Shown in pieces: positions 8,248 through 22,575 of a stretch of 32,000 nucleotides of DNA; position 1 is the first letter of the stretch, and every line of letters starts with the position of its first letter. The position numbers were made by a program, and so were the translations under genes. The stretch covers positions 1,980,001-2,012,000 of the forward strand of contig NC_006624.1 in the NCBI RefSeq assembly GCF_000009965.1. Direction: 5' to 3'. The notes beneath the pieces were generated by a model. That model saw only the letters and a list, made by a program, of their open reading frames with translations, was not told the origin of the DNA and searched no databases. Source of the stretch: Thermococcus kodakarensis KOD1 (lineage in GTDB: Archaea; Methanobacteriota_B; Thermococci; Thermococcales; Thermococcaceae).

Positions 8248-9036
8248 CTACTCCCTCACCCACAGCGCCCCTGCCATGCCGAAGTACGTCGGGCAGGCGT
8301 AGGCGCTCTCGACGAGCTTGACTGGAACTCTGTGCATCGCCCCAAGCATTATGAGCATCTGCCAGTAGCTGTCGGGTAAGGCCTTCTCTATCAGTTCGTC
8401 CGGAATTTCTGGAAGCTCCTCAAGGCGGCTCTCGTTTATCAGCTCCATAATAAGCCTGTCGTACTCCTCGCTCTCCTTCCTGTAGCCGTAGGGACCGTTC
8501 TCGTCGTGCGCGTGCCCGTGGTCTGCGCTCACTATGAGCGCGATTTTCTTCTCACTCCCCTCAAGGACTTCGCCGAGGACTTCCCCAGCCTTGATTAGTG
8601 TCTCCCTGCTAAGCCTTCTCGCGGGGGTTAGCAGAACGAGCGGCTTTTTTTCAAGGAACTGGAGCGGTATAAGTTCTCCCCAGGTTAGAGGCCATCTTGA
8701 ATACCTTCCGCTCCTGCTGGCGAAGTGCAGGTCAACGGTCGGGATTTCGGCCCCTTTCCAGGCGTTGTAAACCTCCTCGGCAAGCCCCCTATCTGTCTCC
8801 CACTCCCCGGGAAGTTCAACGCCCTCAAAGCCGAGCCAGGAGATGAGATGCTGGGCCATGATAACGCCGAGATGGTCACTTATCCTGACGTTGTGAGGGC
8901 TTATGAGGACGTAGGAGTCAGCGTCTGAGAAGGCCTTCCCGATGTCCTTCAGGACTCCGGCGAGCTTTTCCGTTTCCTTATCTTCGGGACTCAGAGCGGG
9001 GTTCCCGTGGGGCATGAGGCCTATTCCAAAGAGCAT
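8248..9036 (-). CDS. LigB-family (class III extradiol dioxygenase-like, COG3885-like) protein
   Basis: The 262-aa ORF has His-rich metal-site-like motifs LISPHN and VSADHGHAHDENGPYGY. GGTGGT lies upstream of the ATG. Confidence 0.6.
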   Translation of the reverse strand: MLFGIGLMPHGNPALSPEDKETEKLAGVLKDIGKAFSDADSYVLISPHNVRISDHLGVIMAQHLISWLGFEGVELPGEWETDRGLAEEVYNAWKGAEIPTVDLHFASRSGRYSRWPLTWGELIPLQFLEKKPLVLLTPARRLSRETLIKAGEVLGEVLEGSEKKIALIVSADHGHAHDENGPYGYRKESEEYDRLIMELINESRLEELPEIPDELIEKALPDSYWQMLIMLGAMHRVPVKLVESAYACPTYFGMAGALWVRE

Positions 9037-9076
9037 GGTACCACCATTTTAAATAATAAAAAAGAGTCTAAAAGGT

Positions 9077-10288
9077 TCATCCCCACTGTAGGGGAACCTC
9101 ATAGTAGTTGCCGTTCTCGGAATATTTTGCAAAGTAGAGAACGTTGCCGTGCCAGCTGTTTATTATCACCTTAACAGCAGGTCTGTTGTTTGAGGACTGT
9201 CTGTATGTATCTACTGTTCCAGAGAAGCATATCTGGACTCCCTCTCCAGCACATGCCGAGACTGAGGTTGAAAAGTATACCCCACCATCGTCTGATGATT
9301 CTTGGAAATACGCCGTAAACTCGTCACCTGCATCTCTGAGGTGACTGTACCTGATCAAGTTTGAGGGTATTGTTCCAGGATCGTTATCAGTGTCTATTTT
9401 TGAGAAGTACACGATTTCTTGGGGGATAAGTTCATAAACTGTCCTGCAGATTAGGTATCCACATACATCGTACCTATCAATGCGGTACCTTACAGTGGCG
9501 TACACTGTTTTCATTTTCCCATCAGAAGTCGGGACTTCGGAGGCATATCCAAAGGGGGTGCTAACCCTTCCAGAACGCTCCCATCTGTCACTGCTTGGCT
9601 GTTCCCATTGGGCCACGGTCTGGGAAAATGAATCAATGGCTAGGGTATCGTCTTCGTTTATTATCAGGTGCTCTTCTACCCCTGGGACGCTGTGAAGCCT
9701 GAATATTTTTACGTCCTCCATGAACATATCTCCCACTTTCACGCTAGTAGCTTGGAATTCATTTTTAGGGTTGAGGTTCTGGATTGAGGGTCCTATGTTG
9801 TCCCTGTGGAGGGGGACTTTTATGTTCACGGAGGTCAATGGTTTCTCGGGATGGAACTCAATGAACTTGGTTCCCCAGTAGTTCTCACCCGAGACGATAA
9901 TCAGTAGCTTAACTGGCCTGTAGACAGTCCTAGGCTCCCTAACAACCTTTCCATCTTTGATTACTGTCTCTATTTTTGTGCCCTTAGGAATCCTTTGTAT
10001 CTTGACTGTAGGTGTCAGCATCGGTCCTTGATAGAGGATCTTGGGTTCCCCGAGGGTGTAATCCACAACCACAAGGGTGGCCCTTTGAATCTGGTGGTCC
10101 ATTCCCAAGCTAATTTTCGCCAGCCCCACTGGCTTTCCCTGGAGCCAGTCGAGGTATGTAGAGTACAGCGTTCCGGCGTTGTCCGGCTGGACTCCGTAGG
10201 CTGAGGGTATTATCATAGTTACCATCACTGCGACGATTACTGCAGCTACTGCAAGTTTCTTTTTACTTCTCAAGAGAGCCACCTCCAC
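9077..10288 (-). CDS. Orphan secreted or surface protein with a signal peptide. No recognisable domain.
   Basis: The N-terminus (M)RSKKKLAVAAVIVAVMVTMIIPSAYG/VQP is a classic signal peptide. The rest is beta-rich-looking, with four Cys in two close pairs. The start is ambiguous: GTG 10288, GTG 10282, or TTG 10273, which has GGAGGTG 6 nt upstream. The gene is visibly AT-richer than flanking genes. Confidence 0.6.
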   Translation of the reverse strand: MEVALLRSKKKLAVAAVIVAVMVTMIIPSAYGVQPDNAGTLYSTYLDWLQGKPVGLAKISLGMDHQIQRATLVVVDYTLGEPKILYQGPMLTPTVKIQRIPKGTKIETVIKDGKVVREPRTVYRPVKLLIIVSGENYWGTKFIEFHPEKPLTSVNIKVPLHRDNIGPSIQNLNPKNEFQATSVKVGDMFMEDVKIFRLHSVPGVEEHLIINEDDTLAIDSFSQTVAQWEQPSSDRWERSGRVSTPFGYASEVPTSDGKMKTVYATVRYRIDRYDVCGYLICRTVYELIPQEIVYFSKIDTDNDPGTIPSNLIRYSHLRDAGDEFTAYFQESSDDGGVYFSTSVSACAGEGVQICFSGTVDTYRQSSNNRPAVKVIINSWHGNVLYFAKYSENGNYYEVPLQWG

Positions 10289-10318
10289 TCCTTCTCAAGG
10301 GAGCCACCTTTGTGGCTC
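10266..10318 (-). repeat. Duplicated translation-initiation region plus a hairpin, upstream of and overlapping the start of the orphan secreted-protein gene
   Basis: A 19-nt direct repeat, CTTCTCAAG(A/G)GAGCCACCT, occurs at 10266-10284 and 10291-10309 (1 mismatch, period 25 nt). The hairpin is GAGCCAC-cttt-GTGGCTC at 10301-10318. A CTTATATAAG TATA-like box lies at ~10340-10349. Confidence 0.5.
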
Positions 10319-10407
10319 AAGTGAGTCATTGTTTTTTATCTTATATAAGTATTTCGCGATCTGATGTATTCAGCAACTCATCGTTACATCTTTGGCAGAA
10401 TACTTTA

Positions 10408-11553
10408 CTAAAATGACACACAGTTCTCCAGTCCTTCCAGCGGACAATTTACTATTTTGCCGGAGGGCATATGTGCGAGCACTTTTAATCCTGACCCCGT
10501 GAGAATAGACACAACTTTTGCCCCTTCATCGATTTTTTCACTCTCGACGAGCTTTTTGAGAACAGCAATCCCCGTTGCGCTCGCTGGCTGGACGAAGAGG
10601 CCTTCCTTTGCAAGCTCTCTCTGCGCTTCGAGGATTTCTTCGTCGCTCACGGTGGTGCACTTCCAGCCTAAGTCGCGGAGCAACTTAAGGACGGCGTTTC
10701 CGCTCGGCGGGTACGGATTTGCTATGGCCTTCGCTATCGTGTTTGGGTTTTCGAAGCGCTTTATTCTCTCGTTCCCTTCGTTAAAGGCCCTGCATATCGG
10801 CGAACAGCCTTCAGCCTGGACTGCTATCAGCGTTGGGAGTTTTTCGATGAGCCCGCTCTCCTTCAGCTCGATGAAGCCCTTGGCAATTCCCCTGAACAGA
10901 CCGCCTGAGCTCGTGGGGATTAAGACGTAGTCAGGAGTAAGCTCCTCCGCCATCTCGAAGGCAATCCCCTTGTAGCCCTCGACGCGGAATGGGTTGTCGG
11001 AATTGATGAAGTATATCCCAAGCTTCTCACCCAGCTCCAGGCTCTCGAAGTAGAGCCTTCCGTAATCTCCCCTAACCCTTATCACGTCCGCACCGTAAAC
11101 GCTCACAGTTTTGAGCTTCTCCTCGCTCGCGCTCTCTGAGACGAGAATTTTGGCCTTTAGGCCAGCCCTCGCGGCGTAAGCAGCTACACTGGCCGCCATG
11201 TTGCCAGTGGAAACCGTTCCAATGGCCTTGTATCCCGCTTTGACCGCGTAGCTCACCGCCAGAAACGTTCCCCTGTCCTTGAAGCTCCAGGTCGGGTTTG
11301 CGGTCTCATTCTTCAGGTAGAGCTTTACCCCGAGCTCTTTTCCAAGTTTGGACTTCACGAGGGGAGTATCCCCCTCGCCGAGCGAGAGATCCATTGCTGG
11401 TTCTATTGGCCAGAAGTCCCAGAATCTCTCCCAGACGGTCTTTCCAAGGTAAGGCTCTGCATTGAAGGCTTCAAACTCAACTGGTTCACCGCACTCGCAC
11501 CTCTGGACGGGCTCATCGTAAGTTTTTCCACATATTGGACATTTAAGCTTCAA
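10408..11553 (-). CDS. thrC: Threonine synthase with an N-terminal zinc-ribbon
   Basis: PLP-lysine motif WSFKDRG, a fold-type II PLP enzyme layout, and N-terminal CPICG...CECG. It uses a TTG start at 11553 preceded by AGGAGGG 7 nt upstream. There is no in-frame ATG that would retain the zinc ribbon. Confidence 0.85.
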   Translation of the reverse strand: MKLKCPICGKTYDEPVQRCECGEPVEFEAFNAEPYLGKTVWERFWDFWPIEPAMDLSLGEGDTPLVKSKLGKELGVKLYLKNETANPTWSFKDRGTFLAVSYAVKAGYKAIGTVSTGNMAASVAAYAARAGLKAKILVSESASEEKLKTVSVYGADVIRVRGDYGRLYFESLELGEKLGIYFINSDNPFRVEGYKGIAFEMAEELTPDYVLIPTSSGGLFRGIAKGFIELKESGLIEKLPTLIAVQAEGCSPICRAFNEGNERIKRFENPNTIAKAIANPYPPSGNAVLKLLRDLGWKCTTVSDEEILEAQRELAKEGLFVQPASATGIAVLKKLVESEKIDEGAKVVSILTGSGLKVLAHMPSGKIVNCPLEGLENCVSF

Positions 11554-12646
11554 CTCTAACCCTCCTAACGGCTTTTAAGGTAACGACATTATCATCCCGA
11601 ATTATCTCGAAGGTCGCGTATGTGTTCCCATCGGCGAGCTTCTCCAGGGTTTCCGCGAAGAGTTCGGCGGCTTTTTCATCCTCAAACTCAACCTTCCAGA
11701 GGATAACGTAATCGGTACCGTTGTTGGCCAGGATCAGTCTGTCCCCCATCCAGCTCGTTGAGACGTTCCATGCCGTATCGTTGTCGAGCTTCGCAACGTC
11801 CCTCATGAGGACGTAAAGGTAGAACGCGCCCATTCTATCGTTTCTAAGGATGCTCCAGTTCTCTGGGACTTCTACCGTCACGTTCTTTGGCTTCCTGTTT
11901 TCAAGGTAGTACTCTGGAACCATTACCTGAAGGGTTGTTTCTGGATAGCGTTCGTAGGCCCGATTCACGAGCGTCCAGTTGCCCTTTTCGTAGAGGTATC
12001 TCACGAAGGAGTCTCCGAAGACGTAGGGGAATATGTGGATGTCCGTTAGTGGATCCCCGCTCAGCGAGCGTATCTTGTGGATCGGAATTCCGTTCCTCTC
12101 GCAGTAGATATCTGCAACCAGATCAGCATCTCCCTCTATTAGAGCCTGGATCGCGAGGGTTCCGTCGAAGGTGTCTGCGCCGTATTTGGCGTTGAACCAC
12201 TGCTTCTGGAGTACGTGGACGCTCTCGTGGGCTATCGTCCTTCTCGCCGTGTCGGGATCTGCCATGAAGTTCTCCTCGATGATGTAGATTGTATCTCCAA
12301 CGGTCGCCGCTATCCAGCCCGCGCTCCTCTCGCTCTCCTCTTTGATGTATTCGTAGTCGGGTGGGAGAAGAAGGGTCATCTTGTAGACCAGCTCCTCCCT
12401 GCGGAGCCTCTCGAGATCGGGCTTTCCGGGCTTCCACATTTCGAGAGCAGTGGTTTTGCTTATGACGACGATCGTTGGTTTCTCTTTAAACTCCAGCCCC
12501 CTTATCTCCTCGACCTGGGTCAGTATCTTGTCGGTTTTCCTCAGTATGGAGCCGGCCCCTTCGCTGACTTTAACGGCAGAGTACAGGGACGAGAACAGGA
12601 GCAGGATTAAACCGAGTGCGAGGGTTTTGCTCTCCGGTTTCCACAT
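11543..12646 (-). CDS. Membrane-anchored putative MA-clan zinc metallopeptidase (HExxH ... EGxA)
   Basis: Signal-anchor MWKPESKTLALGLILLLFSSLYSAV. Motif IAHESVHVLQ, followed 29 aa later by LIEGDADL (gluzincin-like spacing). The start is trimmed to ATG 12646 because GTG 12688 would overlap the psmB stop. The stop overlaps the thrC start by 11 nt. Confidence 0.6.
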   Translation of the reverse strand: MWKPESKTLALGLILLLFSSLYSAVKVSEGAGSILRKTDKILTQVEEIRGLEFKEKPTIVVISKTTALEMWKPGKPDLERLRREELVYKMTLLLPPDYEYIKEESERSAGWIAATVGDTIYIIEENFMADPDTARRTIAHESVHVLQKQWFNAKYGADTFDGTLAIQALIEGDADLVADIYCERNGIPIHKIRSLSGDPLTDIHIFPYVFGDSFVRYLYEKGNWTLVNRAYERYPETTLQVMVPEYYLENRKPKNVTVEVPENWSILRNDRMGAFYLYVLMRDVAKLDNDTAWNVSTSWMGDRLILANNGTDYVILWKVEFEDEKAAELFAETLEKLADGNTYATFEIIRDDNVVTLKAVRRVRVEA

Positions 12647-12684
12647 GGTAGGGATTCCGAAGAAAGAGGTTAAAAAAGATTGGT

Positions 12685-13293
12685 TCACTCCTTGAACTCG
12701 ACGAACTCTTCCTTCATGCCGTCCTTGCTTATGACGACGACCTGGACCTTCCTGTCCCCGGTGTAAACGTCCCTCTTTCCAGCGGTTCTCACTGCCCTGA
12801 CTGCCAGCTCCTTGGCTTCCTCAAGGCTCATGTCCTTCCTGAACCCGTCCTCAAGAACGGCTATTGCGAAGGGACTGCCCGAGCCGGTTGCAGTGTAGTC
12901 GTCGAAGATGAGCCCTCCGAGCGGGTCGAGGTTGGCCAGTGTGGGTTCCTCCACGTAGCCGCCGATGATTATCTGAACCATGTACGGGAACCACTTGTTC
13001 TCGTTGAGGATGTTGCTGAGCAGGTGGGCCATCGCCTTGGCGGTCATGGGCCTGCCCCACGTGAACTGGTAGTACCTCGCCTCGGCCTCCAGCATCCTCG
13101 CGAGGGCCTGGACGTCGCCCACGCTTCCAGCCGTTGTTATCGCTATCCTGTCGGTTATCGGGAGTATCTTCCTTATGTTGAGGGTCTCAACCATGTGGTC
13201 GAGTGAAGCCTGAGTGTCAGCGGCAAGGACGACGCCTTCCTTCGTCCTGATTCCCACGGTTGTCGTACCCGTTTTCTTCTCCACCTTTCTCAC
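12685..13293 (-). CDS. psmB: Proteasome beta subunit
   Basis: The propeptide ends [15 protein letters not shown], giving the catalytic Thr1 after processing. The sequence has 20S beta-subunit similarity throughout. Confidence 0.95.
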   Translation of the reverse strand: MRKVEKKTGTTTVGIRTKEGVVLAADTQASLDHMVETLNIRKILPITDRIAITTAGSVGDVQALARMLEAEARYYQFTWGRPMTAKAMAHLLSNILNENKWFPYMVQIIIGGYVEEPTLANLDPLGGLIFDDYTATGSGSPFAIAVLEDGFRKDMSLEEAKELAVRAVRTAGKRDVYTGDRKVQVVVISKDGMKEEFVEFKE

Positions 13294-13320
13294 CCCTAAC
13301 CTAAGAAACGCACGTTCGTT

Positions 13321-14049
13321 TTAAACCTTTGCCAGCTCTGGGATAAAGACCCTGTGGGAGTCAACTTCCACTATTTTTGCCCTAATTCCGTAAACCCTTT
13401 CAAGGACATCGGGCGTTATCTCCCCTGGCTTCCCCTCCCAGAACTTCTCTCCATCTTTCATCACGACGAGTCTGTCTGCATACTCGAGGGCCAGGTTTAC
13501 GTCGTGGAGAACAGCTATGATTATCCTTTCCGTCTTCAACTCGCGGAGAAGCTCCATAACCGTTAGCGCGTGGTTGACATCGAGGTGGCTCGTGGGCTCG
13601 TCGAGGAGCACCGCCCTGCTCCCCTGTGCCAGTGCCCTCGCTATCAGAGCAAGCTGGAACTCCCCGCCGCTGAGGGCCGTTATCCTGTCCCTCCTTCTCT
13701 CCCAGAGACCCACTTTCCTGAGGGCGTCTTCGACGCTTCCACCGGTCATGTAGCTCCCCATCTCCACGAACTCCTCAACTGTGAAGGCAAACTCCGGGAA
13801 GGAGCTCTGGGGGACGTACGTTATTAGCTTGGCCCTCTCGGCCGGCTTGAGAGTGAGAATGTCCCTCCCGTCCAGCTCGACCTTTCCAATCGGCTTCAAA
13901 ATGCCCACGAGGGACTTGAGAAGGGTTGATTTACCGGCCCCGTTTGGTCCTATTATGGCCAACAGCTCGCCCCTTCTGGCCTCTATCTCAACATCTTTCA
14001 GGACTTCCCTCTGCCCGTAGGAGTATGAAACCCTCGCGAAGAGCCTCAT
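13321..14049 (-). CDS. ABC transporter ATP-binding protein, iron-chelate/cobalamin (FepC/BtuD-like) type
   Basis: Walker A GPNGAGKSTLLK, signature LSGGEFQ and Walker B VLLDEPTSHLD. It overlaps the permease gene by 4 nt. Confidence 0.9.
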   Translation of the reverse strand: MRLFARVSYSYGQREVLKDVEIEARRGELLAIIGPNGAGKSTLLKSLVGILKPIGKVELDGRDILTLKPAERAKLITYVPQSSFPEFAFTVEEFVEMGSYMTGGSVEDALRKVGLWERRRDRITALSGGEFQLALIARALAQGSRAVLLDEPTSHLDVNHALTVMELLRELKTERIIIAVLHDVNLALEYADRLVVMKDGEKFWEGKPGEITPDVLERVYGIRAKIVEVDSHRVFIPELAKV

Positions 14050-15059
14050 CTCATCAGCTCACCCCTCTTGTGCTTCATGAGTAAATACAGGAAGAAGGGC
14101 GCGCCCATAAATGCTGTGATTATGCCGACGGGAATTACCTGCGGCTTTGCAACGGTTCTCGCCAGGAGGTCTGCGACCACGAGTAGGATTCCGCCGAACA
14201 GGGCAGTTGATGGAGTAAGCTCCCTGTGGTTCGGTCCCAGAATGATGCGCATTATGTGGGGGCTGACGAGACCAACAAAGCCTATAACACCCGAGGTGTA
14301 GACCGCGAAGGCCGTCAGCGTGGCGATAACGCCAAGGAAGACTTTTCTGTACAGGTGGAGATCTAAACCGAGGGCTATGCTCTCCTCGCCGAGCAAAATC
14401 AGGTTCAGCTCGCGCCACTTCCAGATGAGAAAGCCCGTCCCGAGCGAGGAAACAACGAGCATTATCAGAACTTCCTTCCACTCCGCCCCGTTGAAGCTTC
14501 CCAGAAGCCACGTCCAAGTGATGTAGGCGTTGTGCGGGTGGGTGACGTAGATGTACCAGGTGGCGGCGTTGGCGAGGAAGCCATAGGCTATTCCTGCAAG
14601 GAGAAGGGTATCAACGGGCACCTTCCCGTTTGTCCTGGCCAGGGAGTACACGATGAAAACCGAGAGGAAAGAGAAGGCCAGCGACAGGTAGGGCATGTAG
14701 GTTATCCCTACCAGCAGGGAGAGCGCAGCGCCGAACGCCGCACCGGAGCTTATTCCGATTATGTAAGGGTCTGCGAGCGGGTTTCTGAAGAGTGCCTGCG
14801 ATGCAACTCCTGCCGACGCGAGAGATAGGCCCACCAGATAGGCAAGAAGAACCTCGGGAAGGCGGATTTTCCAGATTATTGAGAAGTACTTCGGCGGCTC
14901 GCCGAGGTTGAACGGGAAGAATCTTGAGAGGGTCACCTTGACCCCGTAGGCTATGCCGCTCGTTACATCGGAAGGACTCAGGCCGACCGGACCTATGTAG
15001 ACCCCGAGGAATATTGAAAGGAGCGAGAGCACGATGAGCGCTGGGATAATCTTCCGCAT
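14046..15059 (-). CDS. ABC transporter permease, FecCD/BtuC family
   Basis: The 337-aa protein is polytopic and very hydrophobic, with a FecCD-like conserved C-terminal region (GVIGFVGLVSPHIMR, IPVGIITAFMGAPFFLYLL). Confidence 0.88.
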   Translation of the reverse strand: MRKIIPALIVLSLLSIFLGVYIGPVGLSPSDVTSGIAYGVKVTLSRFFPFNLGEPPKYFSIIWKIRLPEVLLAYLVGLSLASAGVASQALFRNPLADPYIIGISSGAAFGAALSLLVGITYMPYLSLAFSFLSVFIVYSLARTNGKVPVDTLLLAGIAYGFLANAATWYIYVTHPHNAYITWTWLLGSFNGAEWKEVLIMLVVSSLGTGFLIWKWRELNLILLGEESIALGLDLHLYRKVFLGVIATLTAFAVYTSGVIGFVGLVSPHIMRIILGPNHRELTPSTALFGGILLVVADLLARTVAKPQVIPVGIITAFMGAPFFLYLLMKHKRGELMR

Positions 15060-15062
15060 GTG

Positions 15063-15090
15063 CTGGACTTTTTGTCCAGGTGTTTAAACC
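15063..15090 (-). promoter_or_regulatory. TATA-like box plus a palindrome between nurA and the ABC permease gene
   Basis: On the minus strand, GGTTTAAAC (15082-15090) is followed by CTGGAC-aaaaa-GTCCAG (15063-15079) and then ATG 15059. The TATA-to-ATG distance of ~22 nt implies a leaderless mRNA with the palindrome over the transcription start. Confidence 0.4.
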
Positions 15091-15095
15091 TTTCG

Positions 15096-19074
<3,979 letters not shown>

Positions 19075-19078
<4 letters not shown>

Positions 19079-20457
19079 CTCCCACCACCGAGCCAGTCGA
19101 GGAGGTTTGAACCTTTGGAAGGCCTTTTAACGACCTTCTTTTCAGAGTCCTTGCGCTCTTTCGTCTCCCTCTGTTCTTTCCCTTGGGTTTTGGGCCTCTT
19201 TTCTTTCTCAGGGCCTCCTTCTTTCTTGGCTGTAGCATCTTCTTTCCTTTCGGGCTCTTCAGTTTTCTTAGGAAGCTTCTCGTCCCATCCCTCACCCAGG
19301 AAGAGCTCAACGACTTCTTCAATAGACTCGATAGCCTTTTCGCCCGTGAGGTTTATCGCCTTCAGCTCGACGGGAATGAAGTACTCCTCTGGCTTTGGAA
19401 CTTCTCCCGAGGGGGTTCTTCCGGTCAGCTTCCTCTCGAACCTCGTCCTCACGTAGACGTAGCGGGCCTTTATCAGCTCGGTGAGCTTTGAAACGTCGTA
19501 GGGCCTCTCCCAGCGGATGTCGAGCCTCACAAAGGCTTCCTCTGGAATCTTGGTGGAGAGGCGCTTCAGCTCCCTCTTTGCTGTCTCTTCGTCGGCCTTT
19601 ATGTTGACGTCAATGAAGGGCCTGACATTCAGCTCCACGAACCTCGGCTCCCAGTCCTCGACGATGTAGAAGCCCTTAGGGTTCCCAGCGGTCGGTTTGA
19701 AGGTATTCCCGTCCCAGCGGTACCTTATCTCGTAGTCCCCGAAGTCCCACCTCTGGAGCGAGCCGGGATAGACGAGCTTTCCGATGTCGTAGCTCGTCAG
19801 GAACGCCCTGTGGATGTGGCCGAGGGCGTAGTAGAGGTAGCCCTTCGGCAGGTCGCCGAGCTTGAGCTCGTAGTAGTCGCGCTGGCTCTCAGGCAGTTTG
19901 CCCATCATCTCCTCGACGAGTTCCCTAACCCCTTGGTGGAGCATGAGTATGGAGTCCCCCTCCGGCCTGAATATCTCCTTCGGCGGGTTCTTTTCGAGCC
20001 ACGCCGCACTCATGTACTTCATACCGTGTATCTCGACGCTTTTGTTGCCCTTCTCAAAAACCCCTTTAACGAGCCAGCCCCTCTCGGTCTTCTCGCTCGT
20101 CTGGTGCTCGCTCTCAACCTTCTCCTCCCTGAGGCCGATGAGGTAGAGCAGGCCGAGCTTTTCGAGGAGATGGTAAGCAGAAACCCTCCTCTGCGTCCTG
20201 TCGTGGTTTCCCTCGATTCCAAAAACTGGTATGCCCTTCTCCTTCGGCAGTGAGAGTATTTCCATCGCCTGTTTCAGCGTTTCAGGGCTGGGTCTGCTGG
20301 AGTGGAAGAGGTCTCCAGCTATGAGTATGAAGTCCACCTTCTCCTCTACGGCTATCTCAATCGCCCGCCTGAATGCCTCCGCGAACTCGTCGGCTCTATA
20401 CGGCAGGCGGTACTGCTCGAAGCCGAGATGAACGTCAGCTATGTGTGCGAACTTCAT
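19075..20457 (-). CDS. mre11: Mre11 nuclease with a Lys/Glu-rich C-terminal tail
   Basis: Phosphoesterase motifs HIADVHLG, AGDLFH, GNHD, MLHQG and GHIH. ATG 20457 has GGTGGGAGG upstream. The stop overlaps the rad50 start (ATGA). Confidence 0.95.
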
Positions 20458-20481
20458 TGGAGATTCCTCCCACCAGCCCAA

Positions 20482-20506
20482 AACTCCAGAACCTTATGCT
20501 GGAGTT
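20482..20506 (-). promoter_or_regulatory. Stem-loop followed by a T-run in the herA-mre11 spacer
   Basis: The minus strand reads AACTCCAG-cataaggtt-CTGGAGTT, then TTGGGCTGGTGGGAGG (the mre11 ribosome-binding site). The stem is 8 bp and perfect, and its 3' arm continues into a TTTT run. Confidence 0.35.
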
Positions 20507-20597
20507 CAACCGAGTTATACTTGGGCTTAATATCCCCGAGGGCACCTTTCCAGGGCAGTTCCGGTCTTTTTCTTGCATTTTCCCTCACGATATCACC

Positions 20598-22385
<1,788 letters not shown>

Positions 22386-22514
22386 CTATCGAGTAACTTC
22401 CAGTTTCAGAGTTTTAAACTTTGCTGCTTGCCTATTCTTACCACAAAAGGAGAAAAATCAGCCAGGAATCCGCTCATCATCCTGCCCGTCAGGTTCGAGA
22501 GTGCTCATCACCTT

Positions 22515-22526
22515 GGGTGGCCACCC
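22515..22526. promoter_or_regulatory. Perfect 12-bp palindrome GGGTGGCCACCC in the herA/rimI divergent intergenic region
   Basis: Read directly from the sequence. The flanks extend it imperfectly (CTTG...CAAG). It lies ~25 bp upstream of the rimI TATA-like box (22547-22555). Confidence 0.3.
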
Positions 22527-22575
22527 ATCAAGGGCTCTCCTCAATCCTTTTAAGGCTTTGGAGGGAGTTTGTAAT

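Noticed and set aside
9047-9066. TTATTTAAAA as the TATA box for the LigB-family gene
   Set aside because: It lies only ~10 nt from the ATG, and a GGTGGT ribosome-binding site sits between them, so it cannot be the promoter of that gene. The adjacent T6 run (minus strand) more plausibly contributes to termination of the upstream secreted-protein gene.
10289-10407. GAUGAG ... CUGA ... CAGA elements on the minus strand, upstream of the secreted-protein gene, as a possible C/D-box sRNA
   Set aside because: The box spacing is wrong, with only 3-6 nt between elements instead of ~12-nt guides. The region is better explained as the AT-rich promoter and 5' UTR of the gene.
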